DNA of 64,000 bases, taken from contig JAWLHY010000002.1 in assembly GCA_041690135.1 (NCBI GenBank), positions 688,342-752,341 on the forward strand, written 5' to 3'. Each line of letters opens with the position of its first letter. Position 1 is the stretch's first letter. The stretch comes from Armatimonadota bacterium. GTDB lineage: Bacteria > Armatimonadota > SYMT01. The notes under the pieces were generated by a model. That model was not told where the DNA came from, did not search any database, and saw nothing but the letters and a program-made list of their open reading frames with translations. The position numbers were made by a program, and so were the translations under genes. Below, one piece after another: positions 8,367-18,343 of the stretch.

Positions 8367-9814
8367 CCCGCAGCGAGATACCGGCTCAGGGTTTCCACGT
8401 TCCGGGCGAAAGTGGCGCTGTCGAGGATCCGGCGGGTGGGGTCGTCTGGGCCGTGGGCCTTGAGCCGGCCCTCCTCCACCCAGCGCCCTCGTTCGTCCTG
8501 GGCGGCGATCACTTTCCGGACCTCCGCGGCCAGGCGGGGGTCCGGCTTTGCTTTCTTGAGCAAGGGTGGGGGAACCTGGCGCCCTTCACCTTGCGGGGCC
8601 TGGCGCTTCTGTCGCTCGTAACTGCGGGCGATGGTTTCCGTATCATCGCCGACCTTAAAGCCGTAGTGGGTCGGCAGGTCGGCGTCGCTGTAGGTCAGGA
8701 CGTACTCCCGGGTGAAGTAGAGCGGCTTGTTGGTCCGCAGCTCATAGAAGCGGGCCAGGCGTCCGTCCGGAAGCCGGGAGCGCCGCAGGTACTCCAGGGC
8801 GGAGGGAATAGGCTCGAGGTACTTTGCGTCGCCCAGCTCCCGGGCGAGATAGATCAGGGTCCGCAGCAGGCTCTGTGACTCTCCGCCGGTGACTGCTGGC
8901 GGCTCGAACTTGCGCGCCCAGGCCGGCTGCATGTTCTGATCGTACTGTTGGGCCCACGCGGGCTGCGGATCGGGCATTCGCGCGAGCAGGATGAACTCGC
9001 CCGCCTTCTCCACCGCCTTCCGGTACGCCGGTGTGCGATAGGTGTACCACGCCAGCAGCAGGGTCTCGATCAGGCGGTCGACGTTCCGATCGTTGAACGT
9101 ATAGTAGCCCCGGTAGTCGGTACCGGGATACTTTCGGGACCAGACGTCCGGATAGGATGCCGCCTTCATCGGAACGGCCTCGGGAAAGACTTCATAGCGC
9201 TGGGGCCAGGCGCCATGGGTGTATTGGGACTTCAGCAGCGCGTCCAGTCCGTTCAGCGTCACCCGATGGATGCGGTCGTCGCTTTGCTTCAAGATCGTGT
9301 CAAGCCGGATCAGGAAGCGTAGGGCGGCCTGGGTGGTGTCGTCGTCGTAGGTGGTGACGTTCTTGCCCCGGGGATCGCCGCCGGCCCGGTAGGCGTACCG
9401 GTTTCTATCCAGGCCGAACTCGATGCGGTAGTCCCACCCGCCACTTCGGAGCTGGCCCTCCGCCAGGGCCTGGCCGGTGGTCTTCGCGGCTTCCAGATAG
9501 TAGAGGTCTCCGGTGGCCTCGTAGGCCCGCAGGAACGCGGTTCCCACCGTGGGCGTGCCGGGCGGCTGAACCCAGGCGGTGGTGGGGCCGACGCGACTTT
9601 CTCCCTCGCGGCGGGACAGGTCTTCGCTGTAGCGCCAGACATAGCCGCCCTTCACCCCGACCTGCGTGTGAAAGAACTCCACGCCGCGGCGGAGGGCCCT
9701 CTCTGCCGCCTGGCGGAGCTCCGGGTCGGCGGCGGCCCGGGTGCGGGTGTTCAGGGCTCCCAGCGCGGATACGCCAGCGCCCAGCAATGCTCGTCGATCG
9801 AAGCGGCCGCTCAT
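8363..9814 (-). CDS. Tat-exported pectate lyase, PL10-like
   Basis: DRRALL Tat motif; TYDDDTT, GAWPQ.Y, TFND, AWAQQYD..MQPAWARKFEP. Confidence 0.88.
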   Translation of the reverse strand: MSGRFDRRALLGAGVSALGALNTRTRAAADPELRQAAERALRRGVEFFHTQVGVKGGYVWRYSEDLSRREGESRVGPTTAWVQPPGTPTVGTAFLRAYEATGDLYYLEAAKTTGQALAEGQLRSGGWDYRIEFGLDRNRYAYRAGGDPRGKNVTTYDDDTTQAALRFLIRLDTILKQSDDRIHRVTLNGLDALLKSQYTHGAWPQRYEVFPEAVPMKAASYPDVWSRKYPGTDYRGYYTFNDRNVDRLIETLLLAWYTYRTPAYRKAVEKAGEFILLARMPDPQPAWAQQYDQNMQPAWARKFEPPAVTGGESQSLLRTLIYLARELGDAKYLEPIPSALEYLRRSRLPDGRLARFYELRTNKPLYFTREYVLTYSDADLPTHYGFKVGDDTETIARSYERQKRQAPQGEGRQVPPPLLKKAKPDPRLAAEVRKVIAAQDERGRWVEEGRLKAHGPDDPTRRILDSATFARNVETLSRYLAAG

Positions 9815-9840
9815 GGTCTGCCCCCAATGATCTGGATAAA

Positions 9841-10005
9841 TCGTGATCGTGATCGTTCATTCCGGCGGGCGAGACGCCAGCGCCACTCACCCGACGTGAT
9901 CGAGATCGATCTCTGGCGGGCGAGGCGCCCGCGCCACTCCGCCCCCGCCTTCTCACAGTTGTGACGTAATCGGCCTCTGGCGGGCGGGACGCCCGCGCTC
10001 CGACC
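9841..10005. repeat. Three tandem REP-like palindromic repeats, each with a degenerate (CGTGAT)n leader
   Basis: GGCGGGCGAGACGCCAGCGCCACTC / GGCGGGCGAGGCGCCCGCGCCACTC / GGCGGGCGGGACGCCCGCGCTCC; fourth copy inverted near 46111. Confidence 0.85.
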
Positions 10006-10014
10006 ACTCACGCA

Positions 10015-11583
10015 TTACTTCCGGTACTCGATGAAGGAGAGACGTCCGCTTGCGACGGCGGCCGTCACGGCTTCGCCCAGTTCGGCAGGCTCGGTGACGC
10101 AGCGGGAGGGAATACCATAGGATGCGGCCAGAGCCGTGAAATCCGGGTTCACCAGGTCGACTTCGCACCGGCGGCCTTCGAAGTCGCGGTCCTGTACCCG
10201 GCGGATGAGCGTGAGACCGGCATCGTTCACGACCACCACCACCAGGGGGATGCCGTGCTGGGCGGCCGTCCCGAGTTCGGCCATCGTCATCTGGAAGCCG
10301 CCGTCGCCGGCGACCACGCAGACCGGACGATCCGGGCGGGCCAGCCGGGCCCCGATGCCGACCGGGAGCCCGAAGCCCATGCCGACGTAAACGCCGGGGT
10401 AGTAGTAGCCGTGGGGCTCGTAAGAGAACCAGTCCTTCCGGCTCAGGAAGCCGGGAAGGCAGACATCGAAGGAGACCAGCGCCTCCCGGGGAAGGGCTCC
10501 TTGCAGGGCCCCGAGGAGGGGGTCGGGTTTGCGGAAGTCGCTTTGCCGCTTCCATTCCGGGAATTGCGCGTCCCAGCCGCTCCGGTCGCCGGAGTCTGCA
10601 CCCAGAAGGCCGAGGAGCTGCTCCAGGCCTCCCCGGGGATGGCCGACGAGCGCAACCTCGGGCGCGTAGAGCCGCCCTACCTCGCGGGCATCGGCTTCCA
10701 GGTGGACCAATCGCAGGGGTGGGAAGAACCAGGGCCAGCGGGTATCCACCTGGACGAAGCGCACGCCGACCGCGAGGAGGAGGTCGTGCTCGCCGTAAGC
10801 TGCGGATCCCGGCGCGGAGTTGCTGTCTCCCAGCGCCCACGGGTGGTCCTCCGGCAGAGCGCCTTTCCCAAGCACGGTGGTCACCACCGGCGCGCGCAGG
10901 AGCGAGGCCAGTTCGCCCAGCGCCTGGGAGGCCCCCGCGTGGAGCACACCGTCTCCGGCCAGGATCAGGGGTCGTCGCGCAGAGCGCAGGGCGGCGGCAG
11001 CTCGTTGCAGCGCGGTGGGGTCGGGCATCCTTTCCGGAGCAGTGATGTGGTCGGGCAGTTCCGGCTCGCCGGCTTCCGCTCCGAAGACGTCCGCCGGTAT
11101 CTCCACCTGCACGGGGCCCGGGCGGTCGCGGCGCAGGTGATGGAAGGCTTCCGTGAGAACCGCGGGAAGCTCATGCACGTCGTGGACGGCGGCGCTCCAC
11201 TTGGTGATGGGCGCAAAGAGGCGCTGCTGGTCCAGCCCGTGGAACAGGTCCCGGCGGAACTCCCCTCGCCACTGCGTCTCGGATTGGGACGACAGCAGAA
11301 GGAGGCGCGAGCAGTCGGTATAGGCTCCCGCGACGGCACTGGCGGCATGGGTCGCCCCAGGGCCCGGGACGGTAAAGGCTACCCCGACGTCGTTGCTCGC
11401 CCGCGCGTAGCCGTCCGCCATCCAGGCGCCCCCGAGTTCGTGCCGCACCAGGATGTGCCGGAAGTCTCCTTCACGGGCGTGCAGCGCGTCGTACAGGTGC
11501 GCGTTCAGGGCCCCCGGAATCCCGAACCCCACCTTCACCCCCTGGCGCTCCAGGAAGCGCAGCACGATCTCCCCACCCGTCAT
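10015..11583 (-). CDS. Thiamine pyrophosphate-dependent enzyme (acetolactate synthase large-subunit-like)
   Basis: FGIPG, RHE.G...MADGYAR, GPGATH, GDGGFQM...VVVND motif; substrate unknown. Confidence 0.9.
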   Translation of the reverse strand: MTGGEIVLRFLERQGVKVGFGIPGALNAHLYDALHAREGDFRHILVRHELGGAWMADGYARASNDVGVAFTVPGPGATHAASAVAGAYTDCSRLLLLSSQSETQWRGEFRRDLFHGLDQQRLFAPITKWSAAVHDVHELPAVLTEAFHHLRRDRPGPVQVEIPADVFGAEAGEPELPDHITAPERMPDPTALQRAAAALRSARRPLILAGDGVLHAGASQALGELASLLRAPVVTTVLGKGALPEDHPWALGDSNSAPGSAAYGEHDLLLAVGVRFVQVDTRWPWFFPPLRLVHLEADAREVGRLYAPEVALVGHPRGGLEQLLGLLGADSGDRSGWDAQFPEWKRQSDFRKPDPLLGALQGALPREALVSFDVCLPGFLSRKDWFSYEPHGYYYPGVYVGMGFGLPVGIGARLARPDRPVCVVAGDGGFQMTMAELGTAAQHGIPLVVVVVNDAGLTLIRRVQDRDFEGRRCEVDLVNPDFTALAASYGIPSRCVTEPAELGEAVTAAVASGRLSFIEYRK

Positions 11584-11658
11584 TCAGCCATTCCTTTCGC
11601 CTCTGTGCCTACTCAAGGGCTTCTGGATCCAAAGGTCCAGGGGCGTATTGTACACCAG

Positions 11659-11689
11659 AGTGGCCAGCACCCCAAAGGTACTGGCCACT
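11659..11689. terminator. Hairpin downstream of DUF1501 gene
   Basis: AGTGGCCAGCACC-ccaaa-GGTACTGGCCACT. Confidence 0.55.
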
Positions 11690-11715
11690 GAAGCAACGTG
11701 CGTGCGGTGGAAACT

Positions 11716-13089
11716 CTATCCTACCAGTTCCTTCATCGGCTGGAGATGATCGAGGAGGTAGATGGGGCGACCTGTGCGGTCCTCGATCAGGGTAGTTTCC
11801 GGATTGATCCCCAGGTTGTGGTAGATCGTGGCGACGATCTCCTGCACGTGTACCGGACGCTCCTCGGCGCTACCGCCCAGGCGGTCGGTACGGCCGATAG
11901 CCTGGCCGGTCTTCATCCCGCCTCCGGCCATGATGGCGCAGCTCACCTGCGGCCAGTGGTCGCGGCCGGAGTCCTTGTTGATGGTGGGGGTGCGCCCGAA
12001 CTCGCCCCAGGCGATGACGGTCACGTCGTCCAGCATGCCGCGTTCGTCCAGGTCTTCCACCAGCGCGCTGAGGCACTGGTCGAGCTTGGAACCATGATCG
12101 CGTACCATGCCGAAGTTATCGCCGTGGCTGTCCCAGCGACCGTAAGAGAGGCTGACGCAGCGCACGCCCGCTTCTACCAGGCGGCGAGCGATCAGCAGGT
12201 GCTCGTTGCAGGTGGGGGCGCCGTCGTACTGGAACTTGTAGGGCTTGCCGTCCCCGTATCGCTCGCGAGTCTTCGGGCTTTCCTTGCTGATATCGAGCGC
12301 ATCGGCCAGGCGACTGGAAGTGAGCAGTTCGAAGGCCGCTTCGCTGGCGGAGTCACGGGCCTGCACGCCGAGGTCCATGTCCAGATCCCGGCGTTGAGCA
12401 TCCATCACCTTGAGCAGCCGGCGCCGGTCGGCGAGCCGATCGAGCGTGATCCCCTGCAGGCGGATCACATCTTCGCCCTTGGCGCCCCCACCGGCGGACA
12501 TGGCGTTCGGCCGGAACGGCTGGTAGGCGGGACCCAGGAAGCCGGCGCTGCCCGGTTCCGACCAGGGGGAGTGCTGGGTTTGCGCCGCCAACCCGATGGT
12601 AGGGGGAACGGCGCGGTCGACATAACCCTGGACCTTGGCCAGCACGGAGCCGATGGAGGGATAGCCCCCCTGGCCGGAGAGTGCGCGGCGGGGCCAGCCG
12701 GAGAGGCACTGGTAGGCATCGTGATCCCCGGCATTGCCGACCACCGAGCGGATGACGGCGAATTTGTCCATTCCGGCGGCGATCTTCGGGAAGACTTCGC
12801 AGATTTCGATGCCCGGGACCTTGGTGGCAATCGGCTTCATCGGGCCGCGGACTTCGTTGGGCGCGTCGGTCTTGATCTCCCACATGTCCTGGTGGGGCGG
12901 CCCGCCGCCCAGGAAGATGTTGATCACGGCCTTGTGCTGGTTCTTCTTGCCGGTGGCCGCCTCCGCACGCATCACGTCGGCCAGGGTCAGGCCGACGGTG
13001 CTGCCGAACGCAAAGCCGCCGATCTTCAGGAAGCTGCGCCGGGAGATGCCGTCGCAGTAGCGCGAGCCGCGTCCGTAAATCGTCAGCAT
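11716..13089 (-). CDS. DUF1501 domain protein
   Basis: DGISRRSFL, LGGGPPHQDMW, WDSH, GEFGRTP.IN..GRDHW. Confidence 0.93.
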   Translation of the reverse strand: MLTIYGRGSRYCDGISRRSFLKIGGFAFGSTVGLTLADVMRAEAATGKKNQHKAVINIFLGGGPPHQDMWEIKTDAPNEVRGPMKPIATKVPGIEICEVFPKIAAGMDKFAVIRSVVGNAGDHDAYQCLSGWPRRALSGQGGYPSIGSVLAKVQGYVDRAVPPTIGLAAQTQHSPWSEPGSAGFLGPAYQPFRPNAMSAGGGAKGEDVIRLQGITLDRLADRRRLLKVMDAQRRDLDMDLGVQARDSASEAAFELLTSSRLADALDISKESPKTRERYGDGKPYKFQYDGAPTCNEHLLIARRLVEAGVRCVSLSYGRWDSHGDNFGMVRDHGSKLDQCLSALVEDLDERGMLDDVTVIAWGEFGRTPTINKDSGRDHWPQVSCAIMAGGGMKTGQAIGRTDRLGGSAEERPVHVQEIVATIYHNLGINPETTLIEDRTGRPIYLLDHLQPMKELVG

Positions 13090-13221
13090 CGTTGCCTCTC
13101 CTCACTCCGCGCGCCGGGCGTGCGTTCCTCTTTCCAGCAGACTACCCGCGTGCAATCGTTGTGACACGACCGGGGTGGGTTCTGTTTCTTGAGTTCCGTT
13201 TGCGCCCGTAAGCTCCGGGGG

Positions 13222-16077
13222 CTACTTTCCCGCCTTGCGCTGCAGCGCAAGGCGGAGTTGGCTTTTTGCTTCCGTGGCGTAAGGATCCAGGGACAGGGCC
13301 CGCCGGAATGCGGCGATCGCGGCATCGATCCGCTTCGTCTCCAGGTACAGTAGCCCGAGGTTGTAGTGGGGGAGCGCCAGGTCCGGCTGTAACTGAAGCG
13401 CCTTGCGGTAATTCTGTTCGGCTTCCGTAAGCTTCTTCCGCAGCTTGCATAAGTTGCCGAGGCCGTTGTAGGCGTGGGCGTGTTTCGGGTCCAACTGGAG
13501 TGCTTTCCGATAGGCCTGCTCTGCCTCCGGAAGTTTCTTCAGGTCGAGATAGACATTTCCCAGCCCATTGTGGGGAGAAGCGCTTCCGGGCTCCAGTTGC
13601 AGCGCCTTCCGGTAGGCCTGTTGAGCTTCGAAGTACTTCGCTTGCTTACGGAGCACATGTCCCAGTCCGGTATGTGAGTGGGCATAATCGGCGTCCAGTT
13701 CTATGGCTTTGCGGTAGGCTGCTCCCGCCTCCGCATATTTCCGCTGTTCCAGGAGCGCATTGCCGAGGTTGTGCTGGGCGCCCGAATCGGACGGGTCCCG
13801 CTCCAGGACATTGCGAAACGACTGCTCCGCCAGGGGGTATTTCTTCTGATCAAACAGCACGTTGCCCAGCGCGAAGTGGAAATCCGTGTCCTCGGGGTCC
13901 AGTTGCAGCCCCTTGCGGAAGATCTGCGCCGCTTCGGAGGACCTTCCCTGGTCCTGGACCACCCTCCCCAATTCAAAGAGAGCGAAAGTGTTCGTGGGCG
14001 CGAGGTCGAGAGCGCGCCGGTAGGAGTTTTCGGCCTCCACCCACTTCCTCTGGTCGTGGAGCGTGCGACCCAACTCGTAGAGAGCGCTGGCGTCCTTGGG
14101 AGCCAGCCGGATCGCCTCTCCGAACGCCGCTTCGGATTCTGTGTACTTCTTGAGAGCCCGTAAGACCTTCCCCAGACCCAGGTGGGTTGGGGCATCAGCC
14201 GGTTCCAGGGCAGCGGCCTTCTGGTAGCACTCGACTGCCTCCGGGAGCTTCTCCTGTTCGAAGAGCACGTTGCCGAGGTTGTAGTGAGCGGTGGCGGTGT
14301 CCTCCAACTCGAGGGCCTTGCGGAACGAGGCTTCCGCCTCCAGCAGCTTCTTCTGTTCTCGATAGATGTTGCCCAGCCCCACGTACGCCGCGGCGTACGT
14401 GGGGTCCAGCGCAACCGCCTTGCGGTAGACGGCTGCCGCATCCGCATGCTTGCCTAGCTTGTAAAGGGTGTTTCCCAGGTCCTGGAAGTTGGCAATCGCC
14501 ATGGGGTCCAGTTCGGTGGCTTTGCGCAGGGCTGCTTCCGCTTCGACCAGCTTCTGCTGGCGGTAGAGGGCGTACCCGAGAGCTCCATGCGCGGCTGCCG
14601 ACGTAGGATCCAGCTCCGCAGCTTTCCCGTAGGCAACCGTGGCCTCCGCCAGTTCGTGCTGCGCGTCGAGGGCGTTGCCGAGGTCGAGCTGAAAGTCGGC
14701 TCGCCCGGGATCCAATTCCAGCGCCTTTCGCAGTGCCGCGACCGCCTCCCCATAGCGCTTCTGGTGGTGCAGCGCGAGACCCAGCCGGTGGTGGGTATTG
14801 GGTGCTTCGGGGCGCACCTCCAGCGACTTGCGGTAGGCGCCTTCCGCCTCCGGATACCGTTCTTGGGATTCCAGCGCCAGTCCCAGATTATGGTGCGTGG
14901 CGCCGTCCCTCGGATTGAGTTCAAGAGCCTTGCGGTAGGACGCTTCGGCTTCCGGGTAGTGGTGCTGGTGATACAGCGCGTTACCCAGGTCGTGATGGGC
15001 GCTTGCTGATTCGGGCTTCAGTTCGAGGGCCTGGCGGTAGGCCTGTTCGGCGTCGGCGTGTTGTCCCCGATCCGTGAACAGGTGGCCCAGTTGGGTGCGC
15101 GGGTAGGGGTTCTTGGGGTCCATTTCGCCGGCCCGCCGCAAGAGGCGTTCGGCCTCCGAGTATTTCTTCTGCAGGCGGTAAACGGTCCCGAGACCGGTAT
15201 AGGGCGGGGCGTAAGTAGGGTCCAGTTCGATCGCCTTGAGGTGGGCCGTCTCCGCCTCGGCGTACTTCTCCTGGCTGGTGAGGGCGAGCCCCAATCCGAA
15301 GTGGCAGTTCGCCAGCTCGGGACGCACTTCGATGGCCCGGCGATAGGCCGCTTCGGCGTCCGCGTACTTCCCCCGCGCGCGATAGCCGTCCCCCAGGTTG
15401 AGGTGCGGGTCCACCGCGGTTGGTTCCAGTGCACCGGCCTTGCGGAACGCCGTCTCCGCTTCCTCATACTGGTGCTGTGCATCGAGCCACTGCCCCAGTT
15501 CGAAGTGGGCCAGCGAAGCCTGGGGCGCCAGCTCGACGGCACGCCGGAGGGCCTCCTCGGCTTCAGAGAATGCCTGCTGTCGAAGCATACGGCCGAGCAG
15601 GCAGAAGGCGAGGGCGCACTGCGGGTCGCTTTGGAGTGCCTGCCGGATTGCGTTCTTCGCCGTCTCGAAGTCTTTGCGATCCAGGGCGAGGGTGGCGAGC
15701 CCGAGGTGACCGATAGTCTGGCGGGCATCCTGTCGCACGCTCGCGCGCAGGTGCTTTTCTCCCGCCGCATAGTCCCCGTTCCGCACCAGGGCAAAGCCCA
15801 GCAGGGCCCGAGCCCCCGCATGGTCCGGGTCCAGGGCCAGAGCCGCGCGCGCCAGGGAAAATACCTTCTCGGGAACCTCAATCTGCGCCAGGAGCGGTTC
15901 TCCCAGGCTGACCAGGTCATCCGCCGCCCCAGCTTCGGACGCGCATTCCCGCTCGAAGGGCGGAATCGGCCGAACGACCCCGCCTTCCGGTAAGGAGTGG
16001 GGTCCTGCCCAAACGGTAGCCGGCGGGACGGTAGCCAGAGCCAGCAGCAGGACGACAGTCGTTGAAGCGGGTCGCAT
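13222..16077 (-). CDS. Secreted protein with more than 20 tandem TPR repeats
   Basis: 34-aa repeats (AHxxLG..L...gky.EA..AYRKAleLdP) run to the C-terminus; signal-like N-terminus MRPASTTVVLLLALA. Confidence 0.9.
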   Translation of the reverse strand: MRPASTTVVLLLALATVPPATVWAGPHSLPEGGVVRPIPPFERECASEAGAADDLVSLGEPLLAQIEVPEKVFSLARAALALDPDHAGARALLGFALVRNGDYAAGEKHLRASVRQDARQTIGHLGLATLALDRKDFETAKNAIRQALQSDPQCALAFCLLGRMLRQQAFSEAEEALRRAVELAPQASLAHFELGQWLDAQHQYEEAETAFRKAGALEPTAVDPHLNLGDGYRARGKYADAEAAYRRAIEVRPELANCHFGLGLALTSQEKYAEAETAHLKAIELDPTYAPPYTGLGTVYRLQKKYSEAERLLRRAGEMDPKNPYPRTQLGHLFTDRGQHADAEQAYRQALELKPESASAHHDLGNALYHQHHYPEAEASYRKALELNPRDGATHHNLGLALESQERYPEAEGAYRKSLEVRPEAPNTHHRLGLALHHQKRYGEAVAALRKALELDPGRADFQLDLGNALDAQHELAEATVAYGKAAELDPTSAAAHGALGYALYRQQKLVEAEAALRKATELDPMAIANFQDLGNTLYKLGKHADAAAVYRKAVALDPTYAAAYVGLGNIYREQKKLLEAEASFRKALELEDTATAHYNLGNVLFEQEKLPEAVECYQKAAALEPADAPTHLGLGKVLRALKKYTESEAAFGEAIRLAPKDASALYELGRTLHDQRKWVEAENSYRRALDLAPTNTFALFELGRVVQDQGRSSEAAQIFRKGLQLDPEDTDFHFALGNVLFDQKKYPLAEQSFRNVLERDPSDSGAQHNLGNALLEQRKYAEAGAAYRKAIELDADYAHSHTGLGHVLRKQAKYFEAQQAYRKALQLEPGSASPHNGLGNVYLDLKKLPEAEQAYRKALQLDPKHAHAYNGLGNLCKLRKKLTEAEQNYRKALQLQPDLALPHYNLGLLYLETKRIDAAIAAFRRALSLDPYATEAKSQLRLALQRKAGK

Positions 16078-16096
16078 CACGCACTCCAGAATAAAG

Positions 16097-17608
16097 TCAA
16101 CGGGGCCGCGTCGAGAGCGAGGCCAGGATCTCCTGCAGGTAGCGCCGTAGATAGAAACGGCCCATCCGGTCCTTGTCCGGGGAGAAGACGGGGGCATCCC
16201 CTTCGGGACGGCCCTCGCGCTGTAGGATGACGGCGGCGACCGGTCCTGTGCCTCCGGCAACCGGTCCGGGAACGCGTGCCACCAGGCGCAGGGCGGCACG
16301 CTCGAGCCAGGCCGCGCGGTCGCGGGCGTGGCCCTCTTGCTCTAGCCAGGCGATGGGGACCAGCGCCGCCAGTATCCCGCCGGCTCGGAGCCGCTCCAGC
16401 AACTGCGCGGGCCGGTGCGCGGAATGGGATCCGGCAACCAGGTCGGCGAGGAGCCAGGCCGGGCCCTTGCCGTCGGTCACCTCGCGCGCGGACCACTGGC
16501 GGACGGTCCGCACGAAAGCTCCGCCGAGCGGGTAGGCCTCCACCACGCGCGGTGCGCGGGTCGCACCTTCCCGCTCGCGGTCGAGGATGGCGCAGACACG
16601 GGCGAGGAACTGGCCCACTTCCCGTTGCCAGCCGCTCAGCTCCCGGCCTCCTTCTTCCGCGGGGGCGCCGCCGGGAAGGTAGCGCAGCACCTCATTCGCG
16701 GTCCGCTCCCCTCCACCCCAGGTGAGGCGATGGACCGAAGGCGCCTCTTCCCAGAGCTTCTTCACACCCTCGGGAGTTTCCGGGCCCCGATCGAGCGCCA
16801 CCACCGTCTTCCCCTGCCGGGCCGCCTCCCGACATTCGGCAGCCATGACTCCCTCCTCGCGGATGTCGACCGCTACCACCACGTCCGCCAGGGTGAAGAG
16901 CAGGCCGTCGCGCCGGGGACCACTGCGGGGATGCCACCGCTCGCGCCAGCCGCAGGGGGAGAGCAAGAGCTGGAGCTCCGGATCGAAAGCGGTGTCCCAG
17001 ACGCGGGCCGTGGCCACCGGTTCTCGTTCCAGGCCCGCGGGAAAGGCTTCCGCGATACCGCGGTCCAGGACCATCACGGTAGGGGCGGCATGGCGCTTGG
17101 CGGCGGTGGCGGCAGCCTGGTACGCCTCGCGGTTGGTGGAGGTGACGAGCGCCAGGTCGCGCCGTGCGAGGGCATCGGCCACCGCGTCGGTAATGGCAAT
17201 GGCGGCGTGAGACGCATTCCGGCTATTGGCAAAGGCGACCCGCGGCTCTTCGAACAGGCCCAGCGCACCGTAGGCGAACACCAGGGGCCACCGCCGGTGG
17301 GCCGACTGCGCCAGGATGGCGGGGTACTCCGCGTCCGAAGGGACCAGCACATCCACTCCGCGGCGGGTAATGTCTCTCGCTTCCTCCGCGGCCCGCTCCC
17401 AGCGCGCCTCCCCCTCGGTCTCCAGCAGGGCCACGGCGCGGGCATCCAAAGAAACGAGCCGGCGCAGGTCTTCGGGCGCGGCGAGCCAGAGGTCCGCCAG
17501 GCCCTGACGCCCCTCGCGCGCGTGGTCCATCAGAGCCAGGAGCGTGCGCTCACCCACGTGGGGCAACGCCGACCAGGCCAGCACCGCCTGTAGTTCTTGC
17601 GGGTCCAA
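16097..17608 (-). CDS. Divergent DprA/Smf-like protein fused to degenerate N6-adenine DNA methyltransferase-like domain
   Basis: LPHVG, D.EYP..L, P.vFAYG, ANSR (for VGSR), A.RQGKTV; C-terminus follows the HsdM/N6-MTase layout without DPACG or NPPF. Confidence 0.75.
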   Translation of the reverse strand: MDPQELQAVLAWSALPHVGERTLLALMDHAREGRQGLADLWLAAPEDLRRLVSLDARAVALLETEGEARWERAAEEARDITRRGVDVLVPSDAEYPAILAQSAHRRWPLVFAYGALGLFEEPRVAFANSRNASHAAIAITDAVADALARRDLALVTSTNREAYQAAATAAKRHAAPTVMVLDRGIAEAFPAGLEREPVATARVWDTAFDPELQLLLSPCGWRERWHPRSGPRRDGLLFTLADVVVAVDIREEGVMAAECREAARQGKTVVALDRGPETPEGVKKLWEEAPSVHRLTWGGGERTANEVLRYLPGGAPAEEGGRELSGWQREVGQFLARVCAILDREREGATRAPRVVEAYPLGGAFVRTVRQWSAREVTDGKGPAWLLADLVAGSHSAHRPAQLLERLRAGGILAALVPIAWLEQEGHARDRAAWLERAALRLVARVPGPVAGGTGPVAAVILQREGRPEGDAPVFSPDKDRMGRFYLRRYLQEILASLSTRPR

Positions 17609-17842
17609 CAGTTAGCTCCTTGCCTTCGGTTGATCAGGATTGAGATGAAGATTGGGATCAGGATGGCGAGGGATCAGAGGTGCTGCCGGGTTAAACCGCC
17701 GGGTCGCCAACCCCGCCAAGAAAGAGACGAGGATCCTCAATTTCACCACAGAGAACACGAGCTTCCTCGTATGGAAGCGCTCGGATTGAGGAAGACGGGG
17801 ATCCTGTGAAGACTTGGCCCTTACCCAGGTACTCGTGGCACA

Positions 17843-18343
17843 TCAAAACGCCCCAATGGGGTTTGGGCGGAGTGCGAAACCACATTGCCAGGCTTTCTCG
17901 AACACCGTTCGGGAACAGGTGCTGTGAGCTTGTGTCGAGAGCGTAGCGTGGGAAAGTGGGTCGGAGAATGTCACCTGGAAGTCATCGATCGCCACTATGA
18001 CAACCGCGTGGAGCGGGCAGAAGCCATCCAGCGCATATCCAAGCACTTCGTCGTCGTAGGCGTGCAGGTTGGCGATAACCGGGGTGGGGTCGGGTTCGGA
18101 AAGGTGTGCCTCTACTTCCTCCAGGGTAAATGCCGGGATGGCCTGAACACCTGCCAGATTGCTGATGTTGCTGAATGGTGTGCCGGTATGGGGATCGAAT
18201 TCGAGTTGCTCTATAATCGTCTCCCAGGAATGTTCGATCCCCAAGAAGGCGCAAACCATCGCGACGCAGGCGGGAACACAGGCAGGAAGATCCTCCTCCT
18301 GGGGTTCGTAGGGAAACTCATCGGGATTGGGCAGCGACGGCAT
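17843..18343 (-). CDS. Cytoplasmic C39-like (papain-fold) cysteine peptidase
   Basis: PQEEDLPACVPACVAMV (Gln, Cys), LHAVVIVAID (His), FSDP (Asp), F.KAW C-terminus. Confidence 0.8.
   Translation of the reverse strand: MPSLPNPDEFPYEPQEEDLPACVPACVAMVCAFLGIEHSWETIIEQLEFDPHTGTPFSNISNLAGVQAIPAFTLEEVEAHLSEPDPTPVIANLHAYDDEVLGYALDGFCPLHAVVIVAIDDFQVTFSDPLSHATLSTQAHSTCSRTVFEKAWQCGFALRPNPIGAF

Noticed and set aside
9841-10005. Possible mini-CRISPR array
   Set aside because: Only three degenerate copies with irregular spacing, a dispersed copy at 46.1 kb and no cas genes; fits a REP-like family.
10015-11583. Calling the TPP enzyme ilvB
   Set aside because: No ilvN/ilvC neighbours and the sequence is divergent; substrate cannot be assigned.
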